From: Alphaproteobacteria bacterium
GTDB taxonomy: Bacteria; Pseudomonadota; Alphaproteobacteria; UBA828
Direction: 5' to 3'
Length of the DNA: 64,000 nucleotides
Assembly (NCBI GenBank): GCA_963422645.2
Contig: CAXXVO010000014.1
Coordinates: 32,001-96,000 of the forward strand
This document shows positions 12,120 to 22,797 of this stretch, piece after piece; positions within the stretch are counted from its first letter, which is position 1, and every line of letters starts with the position of its first letter. The notes beneath the pieces are model-generated. The model was not told where the DNA came from. It searched no databases and saw only the letters and a program-made list of their open reading frames with translations. The position numbers and the translations under genes are program-made.

Positions 12120-13058
12120 GTGGCTACCGACCGTCAGCGCGAGCGCAGGCTCAAGGGCGAGCGATCCCGCCGCGCCCGCGCCCTGCCCCGCATCCAGAAG
12201 GACACCGCCGCCGAGGTCGGCCGCATCCTCGGGCGCGCCGAGCGCGACATCCGGGCCACCCTCGCCGGCGCGCCCTCCGATTACCAGGCATGGGCGCTGC
12301 CATCCCTCCAGGCCTCCGTCCGGGACGCCCTCGACAGCCTCGGCGCAGACGCCGGGCAGGCCATGGCCGAGGGCGCAACCCGCGCCTGGGACGCCGGCAT
12401 CGATACCATGGACGCCCCCGTCGACGCCGCCATGCGCCTCGATGCCCCCGACTTCCGCATCGCCGCCGTCCTGCCCGAGGTCGACACCCGCCAGCTCCTC
12501 GCCATGCGATCCTTCCTCACCGACAGGATGAAGGACGTCTCCACGACGCTTGCCGAGCGCGTCAATACCGAACTCGGCCTCGCCATGACCGGCTCGGTCC
12601 CCGTCGGCGAGACCACCGGCCGCGTCGCCGCCATCCTCAAGAGCGGCGGCAGGTCCCGCGCCCTGACAATCGTGCGGACCGAGCTCGGCCGCGCATACTC
12701 CATGGCCGGACAGCAGCGCATGGAGCAGGCCGCCGGGATCCTGCCGGGGCTGAGGAAGCAGTGGCGACGCTCCGGAAAGCTCAGAAGCCGCATCGCCCAC
12801 GACGCCGTCGACGGACAGACCAGGGAAGCCGCCAGGCCCTTCGACGTCGGCGGCGCTTCGCTCATGTACCCCCGCGATCCCGCCGGACCCGCCGCCGAGA
12901 CGATCAACTGCGGATGCCAGTCGCTGCCATGGATGGAAAGCTGGGAGGTCGAGAACCCCGGGCGAAAGCCGTTCTCCGACGAGGAGATCGCACGCGACCC
13001 GCGGCGCGCCGATCTCGAAGGGAAGGAGGCCGGCGCGGGGACAACGCCGGCATCGTAG
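12120..13058 (+). CDS. Phage head morphogenesis / minor head protein (Mu gpF / SPP1 gp7 family)
   Basis: RALTIVRTE, KQWRRSG...RIAHDAVDGQ, PFDVGG..LMYPRDPAGPAAETINCGC motifs. Confidence 0.88.
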   Translation: MATDRQRERRLKGERSRRARALPRIQKDTAAEVGRILGRAERDIRATLAGAPSDYQAWALPSLQASVRDALDSLGADAGQAMAEGATRAWDAGIDTMDAPVDAAMRLDAPDFRIAAVLPEVDTRQLLAMRSFLTDRMKDVSTTLAERVNTELGLAMTGSVPVGETTGRVAAILKSGGRSRALTIVRTELGRAYSMAGQQRMEQAAGILPGLRKQWRRSGKLRSRIAHDAVDGQTREAARPFDVGGASLMYPRDPAGPAAETINCGCQSLPWMESWEVENPGRKPFSDEEIARDPRRADLEGKEAGAGTTPAS

Positions 13059-13201
13059 ACCGGGCGAGGCGAAGCCCCGCGCCGCACCCCGATTTACCGG
13101 CGAATCCGCACCCCCGGAACCGCCCCGATTTACAGGCCTTTCAGCACCCCTGAAACGCCCCGAAAATCACCGTTTCCAGCCAATTCACGGCCCTTTCCGG
13201 G

Positions 13202-13321
13202 CCGGATTCGCAAAGACTTTCGTCCGGCCCGCCAGACCCCGGAAACGCCGCCAACCCCTTGACCGTCCGCCCTCTTCCGCCTTCTTCCCGGCATCTTCCG
13301 GATTCGCAATGACTTTCGTCC
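13202..13321 (-). repeat. Right-end putative transposase-binding sites
   Basis: CCGGATTCGCAAAGACTTTCGTCC (13202-13225) and CCGGATTCGCAATGACTTTCGTCC (13298-13321); the reverse complement matches the left-end core AAGTCTTTGCGAAT. Confidence 0.85.
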
Positions 13322-13328
13322 CCCTACA

Positions 13329-13517
13329 GACCCTGAGATCGATGCCCGGTTCGGCGGTTTCTTTACGGCGACGCGGCGCACCATCGAGGCAAGCGCGATC
13401 CGGCCGCGCCATGCCGGCTACATGACGCTCCAGGCTGCGGCCGGACCGCTGATCGAAGGCCACCTGCGCGGCGAAATCCCCGAGGCCACGGTGCTCGCCG
13501 GCCTCGGCATCGCGTGA
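13329..13517 (+). pseudogene. Solute-binding-protein-like gene, 3' part after the insertion
   Basis: DPEIDARFGGFFTATRRTIEASAIRPRHAGYMTLQ...GLGIA*; in frame with ...AWD of the 5' part once one GACCC copy is removed. Confidence 0.88.
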
Positions 13518-13525
13518 GAGTGAGT

Positions 13526-14386
13526 TCAGGGGGCCGCCAGCCGATTGTCGCGCGACATCTCCTGGAGCGTGTAGAGCGAGGCCTCCTTGGCAGCGTAGAG
13601 CGGAACCGGGAAGCGCCTGAATGTGAAGCGCGCTTCGTCGGCGCGACGACCTCTGACCAGACGCGTGAACGCCTCGGTTTCGTTGGTCCGGTTGTCTATA
13701 TGCAGGGGAAAACAGTCGGCCGCGCGATAGCCGATGATGAGCGTGCGGCGCGGCCTGCCCGAGCTGTTATGCACCGAAGCATGGGGTGTCATTGCGTGCT
13801 GAAAGATCGCCGTACCCGCTTTGCCCGGAAGGTTCCGGGCGCGCGTCTCGTCAATCGGCTCCGTGATGCGGCCCTGGAACACGCCCTCTGTGGTGTGGTC
13901 CATCAGGTCGGCCCGGTGCAGGCCCGGCAGGACCCTCAGGCAGCCGTTCTCCTCGTCGGCAGCGTCGAGATAGAGCAGGACCGCGAGCGCGTCGTGGTTG
14001 GTGACCGGAAAGTAGGCGACGTCCTGGTGCCAATCGACGACGGAGCCGAGCTCGGCCGGCTTCATGTTGAGCTTGCTGTAGTGAAGCAACAGGTTGGCGC
14101 CGATCAGCTGCTCGACCGCATCGAGCAACTCCGCCGATTCGGCAAAGTCCCGGAACACCGGATAGTACGCGCACGGCTCGTACATGCGCCGGATCCTGTT
14201 TCCGGCGGGATCCTGGTTCGGCTCCATCTCCACCCGTTCGGAGTCGAAGTCGGCGGCCGTCGACGCCGCGGTGAGGCGATCGGCTTCGGCGCGGAATGCG
14301 TCGATCCACTTCGGTGCCAGAAAGTCGGGCACCGTAAGGATGCCGTCCTCGTTGTAGCGACCAACCTGATCGTCGGTGAGTCTCAT
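13526..14386 (-). CDS. Phytanoyl-CoA dioxygenase (PhyH) family 2OG-Fe(II) oxygenase
   Basis: KLNMKP, WHQD, ENGCLRVLPG, HAS..N.S..PRR motifs. Confidence 0.92.
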   Translation of the reverse strand: MRLTDDQVGRYNEDGILTVPDFLAPKWIDAFRAEADRLTAASTAADFDSERVEMEPNQDPAGNRIRRMYEPCAYYPVFRDFAESAELLDAVEQLIGANLLLHYSKLNMKPAELGSVVDWHQDVAYFPVTNHDALAVLLYLDAADEENGCLRVLPGLHRADLMDHTTEGVFQGRITEPIDETRARNLPGKAGTAIFQHAMTPHASVHNSSGRPRRTLIIGYRAADCFPLHIDNRTNETEAFTRLVRGRRADEARFTFRRFPVPLYAAKEASLYTLQEMSRDNRLAAP

Positions 14387-14414
14387 GGCTTCGAACCTAC
14401 CTCCCCGGTGCCCC

Positions 14415-15269
14415 TCAGAGCCTGGGATAGCGCACCGGCAGTCCCGGCACGTCCACCCGTGCGGTGTGCACCGACCAGCCGCACAGGCTGGCGATGATCA
14501 GCGTCTTCATGTCCTTGCCCCCGAAGGCGACGTTGGTTGGCGCCACGAGCTCCAGCTGCTCCCAGTCGTCGATGAGAGTGATGAGTTCGCCGCCCGGTGT
14601 CAGCATGTAGATGATGCTGGGCGTGTAAAGCGAGATGTAGAGGTTGCCGTCGATGTCGAGCGCAACACCGTCGGGGACCTGCCGGGGCAGCTCGACCAGC
14701 ACCGTGCGCTCGCCCGCCGAACCGTCGGCCCGGATTTCCACCCTGGAAACGAGCGGCGGCGACGATTCAACCACATAGAGCGCCCGTCCATCCTCCGAGA
14801 GGCACATGCCGTTGGTGAAGCCGTTCGCCGAACGGTCCCAGATCTCCGCATCGCCGCCCGGACGCACGCGCCAGATGAAACCGTTCCTGGCGCGGAAGTC
14901 GCCGGAATCGGAGACGAAGAGATTGCCGTGATCGTCGAACACGGGATAGTTCGGCACCCGCATCGGCTGGTCTGCGTTGCCGCTGGCGTACACCGAGACC
15001 TCGCCACCGGGCGTGATCCTGTGGACTCGCGCGAGGCTCTCGTCGCAGGCATAGACGTTGCCATCGGCATCGTGCGCCATGCCCAGGACAAAGCCGCCCT
15101 CGACCAGGGCCGCCTGCTCGAAACTGCCGTCGTCAAGCCCCATGCGGTAGAGCTGGCCAATCTCGCCGCCCGCGTAGACCATGCCGTCCGGCCCCCAGGA
15201 GACGGCCTCGGGGTGATCCAGGTGATGCCCCAGATTGGTTAAGGTCAGCCTGTTCGTCTCGTCGGCCAC
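14415..15269 (-). CDS. SMP-30/gluconolactonase family protein
   Basis: HPEAV, PNYPVFD, FTNG, VPDGVALD, PTNVAFGG; GTG 15269 follows a GGAGAG RBS. Confidence 0.9.
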   Translation of the reverse strand: MADETNRLTLTNLGHHLDHPEAVSWGPDGMVYAGGEIGQLYRMGLDDGSFEQAALVEGGFVLGMAHDADGNVYACDESLARVHRITPGGEVSVYASGNADQPMRVPNYPVFDDHGNLFVSDSGDFRARNGFIWRVRPGGDAEIWDRSANGFTNGMCLSEDGRALYVVESSPPLVSRVEIRADGSAGERTVLVELPRQVPDGVALDIDGNLYISLYTPSIIYMLTPGGELITLIDDWEQLELVAPTNVAFGGKDMKTLIIASLCGWSVHTARVDVPGLPVRYPRL

Positions 15270-15373
15270 GGTCGCTCTCCTCCAGGATCGCCGGCAATGG
15301 CGTGCTGACCGGCGCTTCCCGGCGCCGGTCACTCTTCCGGAACTGTCCGCTCCAGACTACCCTTCCCATCGCT

Positions 15374-15400
15374 ATCTTGGATAGTTACGCTACTCAAGAT
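15374..15400. promoter_or_regulatory. Imperfect palindrome, putative operator between divergent operons
   Basis: ATCTTG-GA-TAG-TTACG-CTA-CT-CAAGAT in an AT-rich intergenic region. Confidence 0.45.
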
Positions 15401-15503
15401 CAAGCGGCGGCATTCCGCAATAACAAGGGAATGTGCGAGGGAGAATGAGGGTCGCCGGCATCGCGACGGGTATGGCGGCCTGGATCACCGCTGGAATGTG
15501 CTA

Positions 15504-16280
15504 ATGGGCTTGCTCGCGGAAAACGTCGCGATCGTCACTGGCGCGGGTCAAGGGCTCGGCAGAGCAGTCTCCCTGGAGTTCAGCGACGAAGGCAGCACGG
15601 TCGCGCTGCTCGAGCGCAATCCCGAAACGCTCCACAAGGTTGCCACGGAGATCCAGGAGAAGGGCGGCGTGTGCGAGCCCTACGAGCTCGACATCACCGA
15701 CTACGACGCCTACCGCTCGGTCGTCGCCGACGTCATCGCGAGGTTCGGCAAGATCGACGCCATCGTGAACAATGCCGCGGTCACGCTGACCTACAGCACG
15801 ATTTTGGAGGACACGCTGGAGGACTGGCGCCGCACTATCGCCATCAACCTGGAGGCGGTCTACATGGGCTCCAAGCTCGTGGCGCCTCACATGGCGGAGC
15901 GGGGCAGCGGGCGCATCATCTCGATCGCTTCGGTTCAGGGTTTCGCCGCCAGCGGCGAGGTCGGACCCTACAACGCGGCCAAGGGCGGCATCATCGCGCT
16001 CACCAAGTCGATGGCGGTGGAGCTCGGCCCCAGCAATATTCTCGTTAATGCCGTGGCGCCGGGGTTCATGCGGACGCCCATGTCGATCATCGACGGCGTC
16101 GACGAGACCGAGGCGCCGGAATTTCTCGAGTGGTATGTGGAAAAGAAGAGGATACCGCTGCAGCGCACCGGCTATCCCGAAGACATGGCGGGCACGGTCG
16201 TCTTCCTCGCATCGAAGTACTGCCGCTACATGACGGGCCAGGTGCTCGTCGTCGATGGCGGCCTGACGAGCACGTTCTAG
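15504..16280 (+). CDS. Short-chain dehydrogenase/reductase
   Basis: TGAGQGLG, NNAA, YNAAKGG, VNAVAPG, VDGG. Confidence 0.95.
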   Translation: MGLLAENVAIVTGAGQGLGRAVSLEFSDEGSTVALLERNPETLHKVATEIQEKGGVCEPYELDITDYDAYRSVVADVIARFGKIDAIVNNAAVTLTYSTILEDTLEDWRRTIAINLEAVYMGSKLVAPHMAERGSGRIISIASVQGFAASGEVGPYNAAKGGIIALTKSMAVELGPSNILVNAVAPGFMRTPMSIIDGVDETEAPEFLEWYVEKKRIPLQRTGYPEDMAGTVVFLASKYCRYMTGQVLVVDGGLTSTF

Positions 16281-16356
16281 TCTCCCTGCCGGGTTACGAC
16301 GCACCGGCAGGGAAGGGTATCTTAGCTACAATGACAAACAGGAAGGACACAGCGAC

Positions 16357-17700
16357 ATGACGAGAGACAAAGGAAGGCATTATCCGATCACTCGCCGCGG
16401 GCTCTTGCAGGGATCGGCCGCGCTCGGCGCCGGGGCAGCGCTTGGCGGTCTCATGCCATCGCTGTCGCGCGCACAGGACGCGTCGCTCACGATGTGGTGG
16501 TGGGGCGAGCAGGAATTGCCCGGACTGAAGGCCTTCGTGGACGATTCGGTCGCCAACTACACAGGGGCGACCGTCAACACCATGCTGCAAGATACTGCAG
16601 TCGTCATCTCGCAGTTCCAGACCGCTGCAGCGGCTGGCGAGGCGCCCGACATGCAGTACTTCTGGAACGGCATCTATCACATGGAGAGCGTCTGGTTCGG
16701 CTATGCCCAGCCGGTCAACGGGCTGGTCAGCGATGACTTGCTCAAGGCCACGAACCCGACGTTGCTCAGCAACTACGACGGCAACGTCTATCGCGTCGGG
16801 TGGTACCCGATTCCGATGGTCTGGTACTACAACAAAGAGCTGTTCAACAAAGCCGGCCTCAATGCCGATTCGCCGCCCTTGACCTGGGACGAGCTCCTCG
16901 ATGCCTGCGACAAGCTGAAGTCGGCCGGTATCGCGCCGATCGGCGGCGGTATCCAGGACGGCTACTGGGGCGAGTGGTATCTGGGTCACGCGCTGCCGCA
17001 GAATCTGGATAGCACCGGAGAGGCGCTCGATCTCTTTATCGGCGATCGCAGCTTCCGCGACCCCAAGTACCACGAGCACTGGACGCGCCTGCAGGAGCTC
17101 CGCGACCTAGGTTTCCTCAACAAGGACATGTCGTCGCTGGAGCTCTATCCCGGCATCGACCTGATCGTGGCGGGCGAGCTGGCCATGGGCGAATCCATCG
17201 GAACGCGCCTGCCGGCCGACAGCACGGCCACCGGCGGCCAGATCGGCTGCATGGTGATGCCGGTCTACGGCACCGGCAAGATGGCGGGCATCCCGATCCT
17301 CGACGTGCAGGGCATCGGCATTTCCACCGACTCCGAGAACCCGCAGGCGGCCGCTGCGTTCCTCGAGTACCTGCACACGCCGGAGCGGCTGCAGGCGTTC
17401 TGGGATGCCACCGGCTGGATCCCGTCGAACACCAACTTCGACGACAGCATCATCGCGGACGAAACGGTGCGCACCATGTGGCAGAACTGGGGCCTCTCCG
17501 CGAACATTCCCTATGTCGCCAACCTAACGCCGGGCCAGTTCTACGAGCAGGCGCTGATCCCGGCGGGCCAGCAGGTCGTCGAAGGCACGTTGACCGGCGA
17601 GGAGGCGGGCGATCTCGCAGCCCGTGTGGTCGAGGAGTGGCGTTCGTTCAATCCGGACCTGGTCGAGAAGTATCAGAAATGGGCGATGGACCTGACATAG
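16357..17700 (+). CDS. Carbohydrate ABC transporter solute-binding protein, Tat-exported
   Basis: TRRGLL signal; YYNKELFNKAGL and PLTWDEL. Confidence 0.92.
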   Translation: MTRDKGRHYPITRRGLLQGSAALGAGAALGGLMPSLSRAQDASLTMWWWGEQELPGLKAFVDDSVANYTGATVNTMLQDTAVVISQFQTAAAAGEAPDMQYFWNGIYHMESVWFGYAQPVNGLVSDDLLKATNPTLLSNYDGNVYRVGWYPIPMVWYYNKELFNKAGLNADSPPLTWDELLDACDKLKSAGIAPIGGGIQDGYWGEWYLGHALPQNLDSTGEALDLFIGDRSFRDPKYHEHWTRLQELRDLGFLNKDMSSLELYPGIDLIVAGELAMGESIGTRLPADSTATGGQIGCMVMPVYGTGKMAGIPILDVQGIGISTDSENPQAAAAFLEYLHTPERLQAFWDATGWIPSNTNFDDSIIADETVRTMWQNWGLSANIPYVANLTPGQFYEQALIPAGQQVVEGTLTGEEAGDLAARVVEEWRSFNPDLVEKYQKWAMDLT

Positions 17701-17792
17701 GTCCATTGCCAGTCGTGCCGGGGGCGTGCGCTGCGCGCTCCCGGCGCGTTCGCCCTGCCTGAGTACGGTCAGCCGATAGGGGCTACGGCGCT

Positions 17793-18674
17793 TTGCACTC
17801 TTCCCGCAGGCTGACCCCCTTTCTGTTCGTCCTGCCGCTTCTGGCGCTGCTCGCCTTCGTCTTCGGTTATCCGCTTGTCCGCATCTTCGAGTTCAGCTTC
17901 AAGATGGTGCGCGGGATCGACGGTCCGTGGATCGGCGTGCGCAACTACGAGCTCGTGTTGGGCCAGCCGCTCTTCTGGGAGACGGTCACCCACAACCTGA
18001 TGCTTCTGATCGCGATCCCGGTGATGGTGGTCCTGGCGCTCCTCATCTCGATCGTGCTCTATGAGCGCGTGCACGGCTGGAAGATTTACCGTGTCATTCT
18101 CTTCCTGCCTTTCGTCCTGGCGGTCCCCATTATCGCCATCGTGCTCAAGAAGATGTTCCAGTTCTCGGGCCCAGTGAACCAGGTCCTGCACTGGCTCAGC
18201 CTCGACTTCTTGGTGCTCGACTGGATCGGCTCCACCGATGTTGCATTGTGGACCGTGATCCTGGTCATCATCTGGCGCGAGTCCGCGCTCGGCATCATCC
18301 TCTTTCTCGCGCGGCTGCTCAGCCTCGATGAATCCCTGTTGGAGGCGGCCAGGATCGAAGGCGCCAATTGGTGGCAGCGCGTCTGGTACGTGATCCTGCC
18401 CCAGATGAAAGGCGTCATCGAATTCTTCGTCGTCGTCAGCATCATCACCATGCTGGCGGCGGTCTTCGCCTACATCTACATGATCGGCGGCGGGCGCGGC
18501 GGACCGGGCACCTCGACCTGGGTCCTCGAGCTCTACATCTTCAATGCGCTGATTCGCACCAGCCTGCCCGGCATTGCGTCTGCGGTCGCGGTCATGGTGT
18601 TCGTGGTCTCGATTCTGCTCATCTTCCCCCTGTTCGCTGCACGGCGGAGGGCACGTGAAGACGAAATGGATTGA
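17793..18674 (+). CDS. Carbohydrate ABC transporter permease
   Basis: EAARIEGA loop; GGPG; start codon uncertain (TTG). Confidence 0.9.
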   Translation: MHSSRRLTPFLFVLPLLALLAFVFGYPLVRIFEFSFKMVRGIDGPWIGVRNYELVLGQPLFWETVTHNLMLLIAIPVMVVLALLISIVLYERVHGWKIYRVILFLPFVLAVPIIAIVLKKMFQFSGPVNQVLHWLSLDFLVLDWIGSTDVALWTVILVIIWRESALGIILFLARLLSLDESLLEAARIEGANWWQRVWYVILPQMKGVIEFFVVVSIITMLAAVFAYIYMIGGGRGGPGTSTWVLELYIFNALIRTSLPGIASAVAVMVFVVSILLIFPLFAARRRAREDEMD

Positions 18675-18701
18675 GCGGGAGCGGCAGGCGGGAGCCGGGC
18701 C

Positions 18702-19517
18702 ATGACGCCCGGTCGCGCCCTCCAGCAAGGCATCCTGTTCACCGCCGCGTTCATCGCACTCGTGCCGACGATCTACATGATCTCGACCGCGCTGAAGTCG
18801 CAGGAAGAGTATGTCCTCGACAAGATCGGCTTCCCGGCCGAGCCTGTGCTCGATCACTTCAAGTCCGCACTCATCGACAGCCCCTTCCTGTTGTGGATGG
18901 CGAACAGCGTGACGCTGGTCGTGGGCGCCGTCGGCCTGAGCACGATCGTCTCCTGTCTCGGTGCTTACGCCATCGCGCGGATGCGGTTCGCCGGCAAAGA
19001 CACGCTGTTTGCCGCCAGCACCTCGCTCATGGCGGTGCCGCCGGTGGTCATGATCGTGCCGCTCTTCGTGCTCTACACCCAGCTCGACCTGATCAGCACC
19101 TTCCATGGCGCGATCCTGATCTATGCCGGCCTGATCACGCCGTTTTCCGTCTACCTGCTGACCACCTTCTTCCGCACCTTGCCCAGGGAGCTCTTCGAAT
19201 CCGCGCGCATCGACGGCGCCCGCGATTTCGGCATCCTGTGGCGGATTGTTGTGCCACTGTCGCTGCCGGCGCTGCTGACGCTCGTCGTGGTCAACTCCCT
19301 CTTCGTCTGGAACGATCTGCTGATCGCCATCATCTTCCTGCAGGACGATTCGAGCCGGACCCTGATGGCTGGCCTCAGCGTCTTCCAGGGCCGCTACAAC
19401 AACCAGATTCCGCTCACCATGGCAGGCATGGTGATTGCCAGCGCGCCCATGGTGATGCTCTACATTGCGTTTCAGAGGTACTTCGTCCGCGGCCTCATGG
19501 CCGGCACTCTCAAGTAG
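18702..19517 (+). CDS. Carbohydrate ABC transporter permease
   Basis: LPRELFESARIDGA; VWNDLL. Confidence 0.92.
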   Translation: MTPGRALQQGILFTAAFIALVPTIYMISTALKSQEEYVLDKIGFPAEPVLDHFKSALIDSPFLLWMANSVTLVVGAVGLSTIVSCLGAYAIARMRFAGKDTLFAASTSLMAVPPVVMIVPLFVLYTQLDLISTFHGAILIYAGLITPFSVYLLTTFFRTLPRELFESARIDGARDFGILWRIVVPLSLPALLTLVVVNSLFVWNDLLIAIIFLQDDSSRTLMAGLSVFQGRYNNQIPLTMAGMVIASAPMVMLYIAFQRYFVRGLMAGTLK

Positions 19518-19528
19518 CGGATGCGCTT

Positions 19529-20542
19529 ATGACCGGAACAGGGCAGGACGACCCGGTGGTGCTCGAAGGCGGCTCGCTCTCGGTCGTCGTCGACCCGCTG
19601 ATCGGCGGCACCATTCTCTCCGTCACCCACAAGGGCTTGGGCGCAGCGGTTCTGGGCCGGGCGCCCTGGGATGCGCTGCGCGTGCCCTACGTCTCGACAA
19701 CGCCGGCGGACGAGCTCGGCTGGCTCACGCACTATGGCGGCGGCTGGCCGCTCCTGTTTCCCAACGGCGGCGCCGGCTGCACCTTCGAGGGCGTGCAGCA
19801 CGGCTTCCATGGCGAGGCGTCGCGCGCCCCCTGGCGGGCCGAGACAGGCGACGGCGCCCTTCGCCTTGTCCGCCGGTTCTTCACCGTGCCGGTGACGATG
19901 GAACGCACGATTGCAATCGAGGACGACGTGCTCGTCGTCGACGAGACCGTCCGCATGGAGGGCGCCCGGCCGGCGCGGGTGCTGTGGAATCACCACCCCA
20001 CCTTCGGGGCGGATCTTCTGGCAGACGACTTCACGATCGAGACGTCGGCCGGCTCCGTCACGGTCGACGATGCCTACGATCCGGCAGCCAATCCGCTGCG
20101 ACCGGGCGCCACCGGGACGTGGCCCACCGTGCCCGGCAAGGCGGGACCCTATGACTTGAGCCGGCCCAAGGCGCCGGCCGCGTCAGTCGCTTACCTGAGC
20201 GACTTCGACCGTCCATGGGTCTCACTGCGTCGGCTCGACGGCATGATCGGCGCCGCACTGTCATGGGACTCCGCTCTCTTTCCATACGCCTGGCTATGGC
20301 TCGAGCTCGCCGGCAACCGCGAGGCGCCCTGGCATGGCCGGGCCCACCTGATCGGCGTCGAGCCCAGCACCTCCTGGCCCGCGACCGGCCTCGCCGACAT
20401 TGACCGGCGCGGTGGGCCGCTGCTGACTCTCGAGCCCGGGGACGTCATCAGCACGACGCTTCGTCTCCACGTGTTTCAGCCGCAAGGCCCGGTCCGGGGC
20501 GTGGACGCCGGGGGCCGGGCCATGTTCGATCGGGACCAGTGA
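19529..20542 (+). CDS. Galactose mutarotase-like (aldose 1-epimerase fold) protein
   Basis: GGWPLLFPN, HGE, WNHHP, FPYAWLW, IGVEP motifs. Confidence 0.75.
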   Translation: MTGTGQDDPVVLEGGSLSVVVDPLIGGTILSVTHKGLGAAVLGRAPWDALRVPYVSTTPADELGWLTHYGGGWPLLFPNGGAGCTFEGVQHGFHGEASRAPWRAETGDGALRLVRRFFTVPVTMERTIAIEDDVLVVDETVRMEGARPARVLWNHHPTFGADLLADDFTIETSAGSVTVDDAYDPAANPLRPGATGTWPTVPGKAGPYDLSRPKAPAASVAYLSDFDRPWVSLRRLDGMIGAALSWDSALFPYAWLWLELAGNREAPWHGRAHLIGVEPSTSWPATGLADIDRRGGPLLTLEPGDVISTTLRLHVFQPQGPVRGVDAGGRAMFDRDQ

Positions 20543-21654
20543 TGAAGATCGCCGACCTTTCCGCCTTCGTGCTCCGGCTGCCGCATGTCACCGATGCCTG
20601 CGACGGCAGTCAGGACACCTGTCTCATTCGCATCACCACGGAATCGGGCCTGATCGGCTGGGGCGAGGTCGATTCCTGTCCGACCGTCGTGAAGGCGGTG
20701 ATCGATGCACCGCTCTCGCACCAGATCTGCAACGGGCTCGGCAACATCCTGAAGGGCCGCGACGCAGACGATATCGAGGGGTGCATGCGCGCGATGTACG
20801 ACGGCGCCAACTATTACGGGCGCGTCGGCGTTGGCGCCCACGCCATGGCCGGGGTCAACATCGCGCTCTGGGACATTGCCGGCAAGGCCGCGGGCAAGCC
20901 GGTCCGCGCGCTTCTGGGGTCCGCCGGCCCGACACGCTTCAGGGCCTATTGTTCGATTCTCTTCGGCGATACGCCGGCCGAGACCCGCGACCTCGCCCGT
21001 CGCCATGCCGACATGGGCTTCACCGCCATCAAGTTCGGCTGGGGGCCGATGGGTCAGGACGAAAAGGCCGATATCGCGCTCGTGCGCGAGGCCCGGCGCG
21101 GGGCCGGCGACGACGTCGACATCCTGATCGATGCAGGTCAGGTGTGGGACTGGCAGACGGCGCTCACGCGCGCCCGCCAGTTCGAGGAGTTCCGTCCCTT
21201 CCTTCTCGAAGAGCCGCTGCAGCCGGAGGACATCGATGGCTACCGCCGGTTGACCGCCGAAAGCCCGATCCCGATCGCGACCGGGGAGGCGGAGTCGGAG
21301 CTGGAGGCCTTCCAGCGCCTGGTCAGCGACGGCGGGCTAGACTGGATCCAGCCCGATCCGGGCCGCTGCGGCATTTCTACGTTCGTCGCCGCCGGCCGCT
21401 ATGCCGGCGAGCACGGGGCCAGGGTCGCCAACCACAGCTTCAAGAGCGGCATCACCATCGCAGCGTCTCTTCATGCACTCGCCGCCGTGCCCAGCGGCGA
21501 GATCTTCGAATACTGCATGTCGGAATCGCCGCTGCGCCACGAGGTCACCAGGGAGTCCTTCGATCTCGTCGACGGCTTCGTCGCCGTGCCCGACGAGCCC
21601 GGTCTCGGCGTCACCATCAACCCGAAGACCCTGGAGACCTACCGCGTCGCCTAG
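20539..21654 (+). CDS. Mandelate racemase/muconate lactonizing enzyme family protein
   Basis: VNIALWDIAGK, IKFGW, IDAG, LEEP, TGE, QPD. Confidence 0.9.
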   Translation: MMKIADLSAFVLRLPHVTDACDGSQDTCLIRITTESGLIGWGEVDSCPTVVKAVIDAPLSHQICNGLGNILKGRDADDIEGCMRAMYDGANYYGRVGVGAHAMAGVNIALWDIAGKAAGKPVRALLGSAGPTRFRAYCSILFGDTPAETRDLARRHADMGFTAIKFGWGPMGQDEKADIALVREARRGAGDDVDILIDAGQVWDWQTALTRARQFEEFRPFLLEEPLQPEDIDGYRRLTAESPIPIATGEAESELEAFQRLVSDGGLDWIQPDPGRCGISTFVAAGRYAGEHGARVANHSFKSGITIAASLHALAAVPSGEIFEYCMSESPLRHEVTRESFDLVDGFVAVPDEPGLGVTINPKTLETYRVA

Positions 21655-21665
21655 CCGGGGGCGGC

Positions 21666-22787
21666 TCAGGCCGCGACCCGGCACACCGTCTCGTTGCCGC
21701 GCCCGGTGATGACCCGGCGCCAGCCGGCAAGCGCCCGGTCGAGGTCGGGATCGCCGGTATCGACGTGAAGCGTGCCCTCACGCAGCGACGCGATCTTCTC
21801 GGGCGTCGCCGCGACGAGCAGCCGGTCGAGACCCACCGCCCGCACCACGCGCGCGCCGATCTGCTGGTTGCCTCGGCCGAGAAAGTGCCCCTGACCGCCG
21901 ATGGGCGTGACCACGATGGCGCCGGGGCGGCTCTCCGCCAGCGCGCGCAGAATGTCCTCCTGGCTCGCGTCGGCGCCGATCACCGCCCCGTCCCGCACCA
22001 GGTCGACGCCGAGCAGGGTCTTGGGCAGGCTGAGCGTGTCGGCGACCGCGCGCGTGGTGGTGCCGGGACCCAGGATGTAGAGCCGCCCAGCCTCGATCCG
22101 GCCCGCAATTTCGACGGCGATCCCGCGTAGCACCTCGCGGTCGCTGCTGACCCCGCCCGCCTTCACGCTCTGGGTCAGGTCGGGGGCGTAGGGAACCGGC
22201 ATGTAGCCGTAAAGCCTTGCCGAGACGGCGCCGGCGCGGAACGCTTCCTCGTCGATATCCATCACCTCGCGCGGCCGCGCATCGATCTCCTGGGCCAGCG
22301 CCCTGAGCGCGAGGTCCGCGGCGGCGCGGGGGCTGGTGGCGTAGACCGCCGAGTGCATCTTCACGCCTGCCGGCACGCCGATCACCGGCACCCGGTCGCC
22401 CAGGACGGCCGCCATGTCGCGGGCGGTGCCGTCGCCGCCGGCGAAGACGATGAGCCGCGCGCCGGCGGCCGCCATCGCCTCGGCCGCAGCACGCGTGTCC
22501 GCCGCGCCGGTCTCGCCGGCGTCCGGGGCGCCCACGACGGTCGGGCGCAGGCCCGCGTCGCGCGCGATCCGCTCCCCCATCGCGCCAGGGGCCGCGAGGA
22601 GTTCGAGCCCGGGCTGGGCGGCGGCGAGCGCATCCAGCACCACGGCCGCGCGTGCGCCCGCCCGCGGCACAGCGCCCCGGGCGCGCGCCTCGCTCAGAAT
22701 TGCCGCCGTGTCCGTGCCCTTGAGCCCGACGCTGCCGCCCATGCCGGCGATCGGGTTGACGATCAGGCCGAGTGCTGGCCCGGCCAT
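21666..22787 (-). CDS. ATP-NAD kinase / AcoX-like family protein
   Basis: GLIVNPIAGMGGSVGLKGTD, FAGGDGTARD, GVPAGVKMHS, GRGNQQ. Confidence 0.88.
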   Translation of the reverse strand: MAGPALGLIVNPIAGMGGSVGLKGTDTAAILSEARARGAVPRAGARAAVVLDALAAAQPGLELLAAPGAMGERIARDAGLRPTVVGAPDAGETGAADTRAAAEAMAAAGARLIVFAGGDGTARDMAAVLGDRVPVIGVPAGVKMHSAVYATSPRAAADLALRALAQEIDARPREVMDIDEEAFRAGAVSARLYGYMPVPYAPDLTQSVKAGGVSSDREVLRGIAVEIAGRIEAGRLYILGPGTTTRAVADTLSLPKTLLGVDLVRDGAVIGADASQEDILRALAESRPGAIVVTPIGGQGHFLGRGNQQIGARVVRAVGLDRLLVAATPEKIASLREGTLHVDTGDPDLDRALAGWRRVITGRGNETVCRVAA

Positions 22788-22797
22788 GGCCCGCCGC